DNA of 17,352 nt, from NCBI GenBank assembly GCA_036479435.1, contig JAZGFI010000222.1, positions 1 to 17,352 on the forward strand. The letters are read 5' to 3'. The DNA comes from Planctomycetota bacterium. GTDB taxonomy: Bacteria > Planctomycetota > GCA-002687715 > DRQF01. Positions 1 to 7,458 of the stretch are shown piece by piece (the first letter of the stretch is position 1; every line of letters starts with the position of its first letter). Position numbers and translations under genes: made by a program. The notes beneath the pieces were generated by a model. It searched no databases. It was not told the origin of the DNA and was given only the letters and a program-made list of their open reading frames with translations.

Positions 1-211
1 CTAGATCAAAGTGGATGCGAATTTGCTTTTTGTCTACGACGAAACAAAAGTCGTTGAAAACGGCCTCGAAATGAGGGTTACGGGAGGTTCGCCTCAGTCA
101 CTTTTTCTCGATGCGGAATCGCTGCGGAGACCCCATGTCTTAGAGACTGTGAGGGCCGCTCTTAGCGTCTGCGTTCGTTGTTGCTTATCGCGCTTTGGCC
201 GTTTTCGGGCT

Positions 212-1456
212 CTATAGTTTAGCTGCCGCCAAGAGTTTCTTGATATTGAAACGCGATCGCTTGGCGTAGGGGCCGCGGGGCACGCGGCGGCGATCAAGTT
301 CGAACCGTCCCGATTCAAGATCGATCACGTTGCGATAGATCGTAAGCTTGTTGCTCGCAGATTCGATCAGCTTCCAAGCCTCAGCGAAATCCAGAGACTT
401 CGCTCCGCTAAGGCTCTTGCCCTTCATCAAAGACGCGAAGCGATTGCAGTCGTGGCCTTTGTCGCTTCGAAGGCGGTGGTGATTACTGCAGACGACGAAC
501 GACCGGTTTGATGCCCGGACGGTTGCGTGCTTTCCGACCTCGTTTGAACTATCAAACTCAATGACACAAGCGCCCGTCTGCTGGGCACTTCTCCAGCTGA
601 CCATCAAGTTGCAACCGACAGCAAACTCGAGTTGGCCCAGTTTCTCGCCCAGGCTTTTGCCGAGCGCCAACTGGGGCTTCGCCGTTTCAATAATTTCCTG
701 CACTGCCAAGACGCGCGGTGTAAATTTGTGTTTGCCTGGACGCGCCTTGGTGTAGACGTCGTGCACCGCTACAGAGACACCTTGATCCGAGATCCCCGTC
801 AGGCAACCGGCCATTCCTGCCCAGCCGATGCTGACCCAGCCGTTTTTTTGGCCCAAAGGCGCATGAACGATCACCATCGTTCCCGCCGTCATCTTGGGAG
901 TGCCAAGGTAGTCGAGATTGCGGCCGATGAGGTGAGCGTCTTCGCGGCTGCGATCATCCCAAGCGACAAAGGAAGAGCACAGCAACCCACGAAGATCCGG
1001 GATGCAGCAGCTCGCCAACAAGTCATCGACCGAAAAGTCGCGCCCCAAGTCCTTTAGGGTCATCTTGTCGCCGAGTTTAGCCTTCATTCCTTTCTGAACG
1101 CCCTTGGCCCAGGCCTTCACCGAGTCGTCGAACAAAAAGCTCGCGCGGATTCGGGGCAAGAACGCGGTGTCCCAAACGATGGGTTTCGGCGCGATGAAGG
1201 GGCTAAAGGCGAACTCGACAAAAGTGCCCAGGATGCTTTCAGCCCGCAGGTAGCCTTCGGCGTAGGCGCGTTCCTCGGCCGAACCGTAGAGGTACAAGAC
1301 CGCGGTGCCATCGATCATCTCAAGGCGTCCGCCCGGCAAGGCCTCCGAGTCCAGGGCGATAGGCGCGGCCTCGGCTGGCAGCGGTTCTTCAGCGGGGGCG
1401 CAGCCCAGGGTCCATGCCAAAAGTCCACACCAGAGCAGGGGAATCCGAGCCGACAT
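212..1456 (-). CDS. C45-family (AAT/NAAA-like) autoproteolytic Ntn hydrolase/acyltransferase, probable lipoprotein, ~414 aa
   Basis: Motif LLC|SSFVAWDDRSREDAHLIGRNLDY matches the C45 nucleophile-Cys pattern (Cys codon 979-977); also WAGMAGCLTGISDQGVSV and CSNHH. Start moved to ATG 1456 (MSARIPLLWCGLLAWTLGC, lipobox-like TLGC), 8 nt after the upstream gene's stop. Confidence 0.85.
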   Translation of the reverse strand: MSARIPLLWCGLLAWTLGCAPAEEPLPAEAAPIALDSEALPGGRLEMIDGTAVLYLYGSAEERAYAEGYLRAESILGTFVEFAFSPFIAPKPIVWDTAFLPRIRASFLFDDSVKAWAKGVQKGMKAKLGDKMTLKDLGRDFSVDDLLASCCIPDLRGLLCSSFVAWDDRSREDAHLIGRNLDYLGTPKMTAGTMVIVHAPLGQKNGWVSIGWAGMAGCLTGISDQGVSVAVHDVYTKARPGKHKFTPRVLAVQEIIETAKPQLALGKSLGEKLGQLEFAVGCNLMVSWRSAQQTGACVIEFDSSNEVGKHATVRASNRSFVVCSNHHRLRSDKGHDCNRFASLMKGKSLSGAKSLDFAEAWKLIESASNKLTIYRNVIDLESGRFELDRRRVPRGPYAKRSRFNIKKLLAAAKL

Positions 1457-1464
1457 GATTGTTC

Positions 1465-2541
1465 TCAAAGGGAGCCCTTGATTTTCTTCGGTGCTTGCGA
1501 CTGGCGCTTCTCGGCGGACTTTACTTGGGTCTCGCGGTCTTTGGCGATGAGTTCGGCGACGACAGATTTGACAACACCGGAGGGCAAGGCCCGCGTCATC
1601 GTCCGCCCCGCACGGGCGATGTTCAGGCCCACAACGTGACCGTGAAGGTCGACGAGCAAACTGCCGCAATCGCGCGCACTCATGACGGTGTCGTGCCGCA
1701 ACCAGGTCTTGAACCCGTCGCGACGTCGACTGACAAGGCGCGTACGTGAACGCCGAAAGTAACTCGGTAGATTGATAACCGCAGTCTTGGCGCCCAAAAT
1801 AGCCTCAACCTCAATCTTCTTGCCGCGGCGATAGACACCGATTTTGATCGAGTCGTCGGGTTTGAACTCGCCGATGGCTTCGATCAAAGACTGCTGGCCG
1901 GAAATCTTGGCACGCGCCACAAACTCGATGACGTCACCTTCAGCGATGCCCGCGTTGGCGGCGCCACTCTTGGGGGTCACTTCAGTAACCAAGGCACCGC
2001 GAGTATGGTTTTCGATCACGACTCCGAGGAAACCACGAGACTTCCCGGAATGCGCCCGTAGGGGGTTTGAGAGGATGCCAACGCCGACGGGAAGTCGGCG
2101 ATGGCCAGCGGTCGCGAGCCACTGCCCGACCTGCCACTTGTCTTGGAGATGCCATTCAACGGGCTGCAAGTTTTTGGCATCGACCTTTAGCAGTGCGAGG
2201 TCGTGCTGCTTCGAAATCCCTGCGACACGTGCTTTCAGATTGCGGCCGTCTTGGAACTCACACACCGGGGCATCATTGATCTCAGAGGCCTTGGTGACGA
2301 TCCAGCCGTCTCGTCTCACCACCACGCCATAGACTTGGCGACGACGGGATCCCGCGATCTGCACGACCGAGCGGCGTGCCTTGGCGATGACCGGAACGAA
2401 CAAGTCTCTTAGTTGCGTCCCGTCGCGAAGGGCCTTTTCGACCTTTTCCTGCGAGAACGACGACTCCTGGAGCATGCCGAACGCAAGCGCGCCCATCAGC
2501 AGCAAACTCAAGAGGCGAAGCGGGTGGCGATGACCCATCAT
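1465..2541 (-). CDS. HtrA/S1C trypsin-like protein with PDZ domain inserted in the protease fold; catalytic triad degenerate (probable pseudoprotease)
   Basis: N-terminal signal-like segment; trypsin-2 pattern GVVVRRDGWIVTKAS...HDLALLKV...; PDZ (GFLGV...SGAANAGIAEGDVI, aa ~169-250) precedes the C-terminal protease segment SARDCGSLLVDLHGHVVGLN. ATGA overlap with the upstream gene at 2538-2541. Confidence 0.8.
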   Translation of the reverse strand: MMGHRHPLRLLSLLLMGALAFGMLQESSFSQEKVEKALRDGTQLRDLFVPVIAKARRSVVQIAGSRRRQVYGVVVRRDGWIVTKASEINDAPVCEFQDGRNLKARVAGISKQHDLALLKVDAKNLQPVEWHLQDKWQVGQWLATAGHRRLPVGVGILSNPLRAHSGKSRGFLGVVIENHTRGALVTEVTPKSGAANAGIAEGDVIEFVARAKISGQQSLIEAIGEFKPDDSIKIGVYRRGKKIEVEAILGAKTAVINLPSYFRRSRTRLVSRRRDGFKTWLRHDTVMSARDCGSLLVDLHGHVVGLNIARAGRTMTRALPSGVVKSVVAELIAKDRETQVKSAEKRQSQAPKKIKGSL

Positions 2542-3491
2542 CGGGACTCTCCCAAGGTAATGGTCTTCTTGAGATTTTTGCCGCCGCGGATGATCTCGAC
2601 GACCACCTTATCTTTCGGCTCTTTGGCCCGGACGACACGCTGCAATTCCGCAACGTTCGCAGTCGTTGCTGAAGCGATCGAAGTAATAATGTCGCCGACT
2701 TTCAATCCCGCCTCAAAGGCCGGGGTGCGACGGTAGACGCGATCGATGAGGCAACCGCGTGGGTCATCACTGACCTGCACTCCGAGATAAGGACCAGGAG
2801 GAAACTCACCCTCTCCATCGTCCCAGTTTTCGGCGTCGAGAAGGCGATTCCAGTTCTTGGTGATACTGTCGATCGGCACGTGGTAGTTGAGATCCTCGCG
2901 TTCGCGAATTCGACTGTGGATGCCGATGAGTCTCCCCTGCAAATCGAAAAGAGGGCCGCCAGAATCGCCGCTATTGATGATGCAGGACGACTGCAGAAAA
3001 GGGCCGGTCGTGCGCCCTATCGTGCCCAATCGAAAAACCGGGGCGCGGCCTTTCTGAAAACCTCCGGGGTGACCCGTAGCGAGGCAAATGCTCTTGCGCT
3101 TGAGGCCCTTCGATTTCCCGAGCGCAACAAAAGGAAAGGGACCCTTGCCGAGGATCTTAATCATGCCGTAGTCGGCACGATCCTGTTTTCCGAGCGCCTT
3201 TGCTTTGTGGATCTTGCCATCGGACATGACGATATCGATACGGTCGCCAGGACGGCGAAAAACGTGAGCGGCGGTAAGAACGATGCCATCGGCGCTCACG
3301 ATGACGCCACTACCTTCGAGACCGCGTCCAGCACGAATACCCACGGTGGCGGGGGTCACTTTCTTGGCTACTGCCGTGACTTTCTTCTCGAGCTTCAAGA
3401 GGGCTGCCAAGTCAACATCGTGTTGACCGAGGCAAGCTGCGGGCAGCCCTAAGATCAGAGAAAAGATGAAGATCGGAAAAATTCGCTGCAT
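2538..3491 (-). CDS. HtrA/DegP-like S1C serine protease with one C-terminal PDZ domain, exported, ~317 aa
   Basis: Intact triad motifs VLTAAHV, ADYGMIK, NSGDSGGP; PDZ PYLGV...TPAFEAGLKVGDII. Start moved to ATG 3491 (MQRIFPIFIFSLILGLPAACLG, signal peptide) with purine-rich GAAAGGGG upstream. Confidence 0.92.
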   Translation of the reverse strand: MQRIFPIFIFSLILGLPAACLGQHDVDLAALLKLEKKVTAVAKKVTPATVGIRAGRGLEGSGVIVSADGIVLTAAHVFRRPGDRIDIVMSDGKIHKAKALGKQDRADYGMIKILGKGPFPFVALGKSKGLKRKSICLATGHPGGFQKGRAPVFRLGTIGRTTGPFLQSSCIINSGDSGGPLFDLQGRLIGIHSRIREREDLNYHVPIDSITKNWNRLLDAENWDDGEGEFPPGPYLGVQVSDDPRGCLIDRVYRRTPAFEAGLKVGDIITSIASATTANVAELQRVVRAKEPKDKVVVEIIRGGKNLKKTITLGESR

Positions 3492-3580
3492 GCGGCCCCT
3501 TTCGTTCCAGATCTGTCCTGTGCAAAGCATGCCACAGGCGTACCAGAACATGAACGACGCAGTTGCCAATTCGTACTCCC

Positions 3581-3616
3581 AAAAAAAGAAACCGGAGCAA
3601 CTAAAAGCTGCTCCGG
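3581..3616 (-). terminator. Rho-independent terminator after the secretin-like gene
   Basis: Minus strand reads CCGGAGCAGC-TTTTA-GTTGCTCCGG followed by TTTCTTTTTTT, ~35 nt after the stop at 3652. Confidence 0.8.
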
Positions 3617-3651
3617 CTCCAAAAGCACCGTTTTTTGCCGTTTGTGGGGCT

Positions 3652-5361
3652 CTATCTGCGGATTCGGATCAACAAGGCAACTCCGTCCTGAACGCCCACA
3701 AGCTGCCACTCGCCGCGAAAATAGGCACCATTCAGGACAAATCCCGACTTAACCGGACGGGTCGCGCTGATAGAGGCCGTCTTCCCCCAATCGTTGCCAC
3801 CCACTTCGAAATCAAAAGACCTGACGGCCGAAGCCGCGCGACGAACGACCAACTCGCCGCTAATCGAAGCTTGGTTTTGGCTAAGGCCCGCGCACTCCAA
3901 TTCCAAAGCGTAGCCTTCGAATTGAGTCTGCACCTTCACGGCGAGATTGGTGGAAGCCTCCGCAATCTCAGCGTCATAATCTCGAATCTGCAGTTTCTCG
4001 CGGCCAAAGACCGAGCGAGTGCGATCTCCCGTCACGAGCGAAAACGCAAAGCGTTCGTCCGCATGGGCCGCCAGCGAAGCAGCATCTGGGCCCGCGCTAC
4101 CGAGTCTCATCGCCCGCTCTTTCTCGTCGTCGAGATTCACCAGGCAAAGATCAACGTCGACGTTCTTGATCACGGCACGGTGCAACCGGGCCATGATGGT
4201 GGCCGCCGCGGATACCTTTTTGCCCTCGTGCCGAACGTACAAAGAGCTGCCTAGCTCGTCGAAGCGATTGTGTTCGATTTCGTCCCACTGCGGATCGACA
4301 ACTCGTTTGACAGACTCAATGAGGGAATCTTTAGAAAATGGGACGCGTCCCTCGTGTTCAACGAAAACCAGGGCCTTCTCGCTACTATCAGATGCCGACA
4401 ATTGGAATTCCGGATGCTCCCCAAGGCGAAAGCCCATCGCCCCTAAAGGCAAGAATCCAAAGGAGGCGTCGGCGGCAATCGTGGCGGGACGGTGCGTCGC
4501 CCGAATCAGAAAAGTCGAACGACGACTTCCATGTTGAGCGCTCATGACGAAGGCGGCACCAGACTCCAAGACGGCCGACCCGAAGAAGGTGTCAGAATCC
4601 ACCGTTGGGCTCTGCAGAATAGAGGCCCCCTGAGACGCAACCTTGAGGCTCTTCATTTCAACCATCGTTGCGTCGCGGAGCCCCACTCTGACAAAGATCC
4701 CTCCGCCGGGAACCGGGCGCGCGACAACATTCCCGCGCAGTCCGACCCGCACTTCCGCCATCACCGGGTCGCTTACCGTCGCCTTCTGGGCGACTTCAAC
4801 GTAGTACTTGGAAATGAAGGGAATATTCCGGCCCGCCCCAAACTCCAAACCACGACCGGCAGAAAGGCGCAGCGCGGAAATCAGAGTGGCGCCGTTCTTC
4901 AAGGCCGCTACGACTTCTTCGGGCTGCAAGCGGCCGCTCTCGCGGGGCTTTTCGAGCCGGTAAATCTGCACGCGACAATCGTGAGACACTTGGCTCTCAA
5001 ATTGGGCAAGGAACGCGGGAATCTGCGCGGCGACCTCAGGTCGATTGATGACGAGCAATCCCTTTTCTTGCAGTGAGATGTCGGCACCATCTTGCTCCCA
5101 ACTCTCGGGAGCAATGAGTTCATGTACCAACTCAAGTACTTGCTCGCGCTCGATCGGACCGTCTTCCAGCTCCGCGCACTCTGGAGACCGCAGGGCCGCG
5201 ACCAGGGGAAGCGTGGCATCAAACGGGGCGCTCCGGCGTGAGGCGAAAAGGTGATCGGGAAGATCAAATACAAACACCTGCATGTCGCCAGACTGCGCGC
5301 TCAAGGGCGTGACGCCGAAAAGGCTGGCAACGATCAGGCATAGACCGACTAGACGTGACAT
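3652..5361 (-). CDS. Exported protein made of two tandem N3+secretin-like repeats, 569 aa
   Basis: Signal peptide (MSRLVGLCLIVASLFGVTPLSA), GGAG 7 nt before ATG; repeats at aa ~26-290 and ~298-569; N3-like ELIAPESWEQ...GLLVINRPEVAAQIPAFL and secretin-like ILQSPTVDSDTFFGSAVLESG. The CDS is secure, the fold assignment is by eye. Confidence 0.6.
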   Translation of the reverse strand: MSRLVGLCLIVASLFGVTPLSAQSGDMQVFVFDLPDHLFASRRSAPFDATLPLVAALRSPECAELEDGPIEREQVLELVHELIAPESWEQDGADISLQEKGLLVINRPEVAAQIPAFLAQFESQVSHDCRVQIYRLEKPRESGRLQPEEVVAALKNGATLISALRLSAGRGLEFGAGRNIPFISKYYVEVAQKATVSDPVMAEVRVGLRGNVVARPVPGGGIFVRVGLRDATMVEMKSLKVASQGASILQSPTVDSDTFFGSAVLESGAAFVMSAQHGSRRSTFLIRATHRPATIAADASFGFLPLGAMGFRLGEHPEFQLSASDSSEKALVFVEHEGRVPFSKDSLIESVKRVVDPQWDEIEHNRFDELGSSLYVRHEGKKVSAAATIMARLHRAVIKNVDVDLCLVNLDDEKERAMRLGSAGPDAASLAAHADERFAFSLVTGDRTRSVFGREKLQIRDYDAEIAEASTNLAVKVQTQFEGYALELECAGLSQNQASISGELVVRRAASAVRSFDFEVGGNDWGKTASISATRPVKSGFVLNGAYFRGEWQLVGVQDGVALLIRIRR

Positions 5362-5475
5362 GGAAAAACTCCGGTGGATAAGGACGCCAGCTCAGACGAA
5401 ATACTCGTCGGGTCGTAACAAGCGAAACGGCAAAGAGCCGGTTTTCAAAACGCGGCGGCGAGGTCATACCGGTTC

Positions 5476-5856
5476 TCAGGAAGCCGCGAGAGCCTCAGAG
5501 ATCGCACCGAGAAGTTCCTTGCGATCAAAAGGCTTTTTGAAGGTGCAAAAGACGCCCAGATCTTCGGCGGTGCGCAAATGGTCGGCGGAGGAGATCCGTC
5601 CTCCGCCAGAAATGGCGATGATCTTGATCTCTTCGGAAACTTCTCGCAGCTCCAAGATCGTGCTGATCCCCTCTTTGTCCGGCATGATGATGTCGGTGAT
5701 CACTAAGTCGACCGGGGACGCGCGAAAGGAGCGGACGCCAATGGCACCGTTTCGAGCTTCTTCGACCTCGTAGCCCTCTTGCTCCAAAATCCGCCGCAAA
5801 AGCATGCGCACCCCGTCGTCGTCATCGATAACGAGAATACGTGATGCCTGTTTCAT
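5476..5856 (-). CDS. Single-domain response regulator (CheY-like receiver), 126 aa
   Basis: ILVIDDD acidic pocket, VITDIIMP phospho-acceptor Asp, AISGG switch Ser, KKPF conserved Lys-Pro; no output domain. Confidence 0.95.
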   Translation of the reverse strand: MKQASRILVIDDDDGVRMLLRRILEQEGYEVEEARNGAIGVRSFRASPVDLVITDIIMPDKEGISTILELREVSEEIKIIAISGGGRISSADHLRTAEDLGVFCTFKKPFDRKELLGAISEALAAS

Positions 5857-5991
5857 GCGGGGCCGGGTCTTTCCTTAGGCGAGAAAAAAGGAGTCAGCAA
5901 AGCGAGCGGGATCTTTGACCTTGGAAACAATATCATGGCAAAGGCAAACGCGAAGCCGCAGGCTTCGGATAAGGTCGAAGTCTGGTGAAGA

Positions 5992-7440
5992 ATGTCGTCG
6001 AGTGGAATGCCCAAGATGAGCCTCAAGAGCCAAAGCCCAATTCTAATTCTTGTTCTATCTTTGATGATGGCCGGTTTGGCCCCACTGGCTTCCGCCCAAA
6101 GTCCATCGCTGGAGTCCGGCCAGCCCAAGACTCCGAAAGTCGCGGAACTCCGTCTGGGGGTTATCGGCGCCAGCATCAGTGCGGGGATGTCGAGTCAGCT
6201 GACGATGGCAAAAGCGATGCAGCAGAGCCTCCGTGCCGATCGTAAGGCCCTCGACGCGACCGATGCGGCCAACATCATGACCTTTTTGAATCCGACGGGC
6301 ATCTCAGCCCAAGCGCTCGCGAGGATGGACAATGAGAAACTTCAGGGGGTCGTCGCGGTCGACTACTTGTTTTGGTTCACCTACGGCCGTCGTTTTGGAG
6401 ACTACGAAGCTCGCCAAAAATCCTTAGCTTCCGCCCTGGCGGGTCTTGAGGTGATCAAGGTCCCACTGTGGTTGGGCGACATTCCGCACATCACGGACGC
6501 CAGCCTGGCGATGCTGCGCGGCAACGCCGTGCCCCCCGCTGAGGATCTAATCAAGCTAAACGCTCAGATCAGAACCTGGGCCGCGACGCGAAAAAACGTC
6601 ACGATCTTGCCAGTGGTGCGTTGGCTGAAAGACCTTAAGACGGGGCAGCCCGTTCCCGAGTTGAAAGGTAAACCGACCTTCAAACGCAGCGATGTGCTCG
6701 CCTCCGATCGGCTTCACCTCACCAAACAAGGCGTTCTGATCGCCGCCCAACTCATCCTCATCGAAATCGCTAAAGGTCCCTTGTTGGGGATGGCCGACAT
6801 CTTGCCTTGGCAAAAAGCCCTGGCGACGCTCAACCGAAACGCCATGTCCATCGACGTCGCTCTCAAACACCCCGAAGGCCGCGGACAAACCGGATACTTC
6901 CTGCTGAAGTGGGAGACGAAGGGATTGGGCCTTCGCGAATTAGTCCCGCTGGCCGACCTCCGGCCCTACTTAAATCCGGTGCCCATCGCTGGTGCCAACC
7001 CAATGCTGGTCGACGACATCCCCCTGGCCGGATTAAAACTCCAAAACCTCCGGGTGCGGGCCTTCGAGAAGGAACTCGTTTCCGATTGGGTCCCCATCAA
7101 GCTCACCAAGGGCAAAAAAACCAAGGTCACCTTGACCTTGGCGCCGGGCCGCAGCGTCAAGGTGCGCGTCGTCGATGAACAGGGAGCAGCCCTACCCGGC
7201 GCCAAGGTTTGGTCGCGCACCGAAAGCCTCGCGCGCGGCCGAAGCCAACGCTCGACCGCGCCCGCCGTCTTCCTTCAAAAAAGCAACCGCGAAGGGCGCG
7301 TCACCCTTCGCGGTCTTATGTCTGGATCGCACGACATCGTGGCTTCCTTCGCCGAATCTACCGCAACCCTAACGGTCGCCACCGATTCTCACGACGAGGT
7401 CGTCCTTCAGATCTTGGCTATCAATCGTGACGGCCGATAA
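5992..7440 (+). CDS. Exported SGNH/GDSL-like hydrolase fused to a C-terminal carboxypeptidase-regulatory-like beta-sandwich region
   Basis: Signal peptide; block I-like GVIGASISAG, block V-like SDRLHLT; C-terminal VKVRVVDEQGAALPGAKV...SNREGRVTLRGL. Start could be 5992, 6007 or 6016. Confidence 0.7.
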   Translation: MSSSGMPKMSLKSQSPILILVLSLMMAGLAPLASAQSPSLESGQPKTPKVAELRLGVIGASISAGMSSQLTMAKAMQQSLRADRKALDATDAANIMTFLNPTGISAQALARMDNEKLQGVVAVDYLFWFTYGRRFGDYEARQKSLASALAGLEVIKVPLWLGDIPHITDASLAMLRGNAVPPAEDLIKLNAQIRTWAATRKNVTILPVVRWLKDLKTGQPVPELKGKPTFKRSDVLASDRLHLTKQGVLIAAQLILIEIAKGPLLGMADILPWQKALATLNRNAMSIDVALKHPEGRGQTGYFLLKWETKGLGLRELVPLADLRPYLNPVPIAGANPMLVDDIPLAGLKLQNLRVRAFEKELVSDWVPIKLTKGKKTKVTLTLAPGRSVKVRVVDEQGAALPGAKVWSRTESLARGRSQRSTAPAVFLQKSNREGRVTLRGLMSGSHDIVASFAESTATLTVATDSHDEVVLQILAINRDGR

Positions 7441-7458
7441 GTTCGTTCCTTGAGCTGA

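Noticed and set aside
196..210. GG-N10-GC pattern on the plus strand
   Set aside because: Poor match to TGGCAC/TTGC, and it would point antisense into the C45 gene end.
11..217. 68-aa plus-strand ORF at the left end
   Set aside because: No RBS or recognisable motif; more likely intergenic.
1457..1669. N-terminal extension of the 485-aa ORF 212..1669
   Set aside because: Overlaps the upstream gene in another frame; ATG 1456 gives a clean lipoprotein signal.
3511..3525. Possible sigma54 promoter TGGCATGCTTTGCA (minus strand) upstream of the HtrA operon
   Set aside because: GG-to-GC spacing is 8 nt, not the required 10.
3466..5076. Long plus-strand ORFs (262, 172, 194 aa) and similar antisense ORFs across the window
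   Set aside because: They lie opposite well-supported genes, show no recognisable motifs and are expected in GC-rich DNA.
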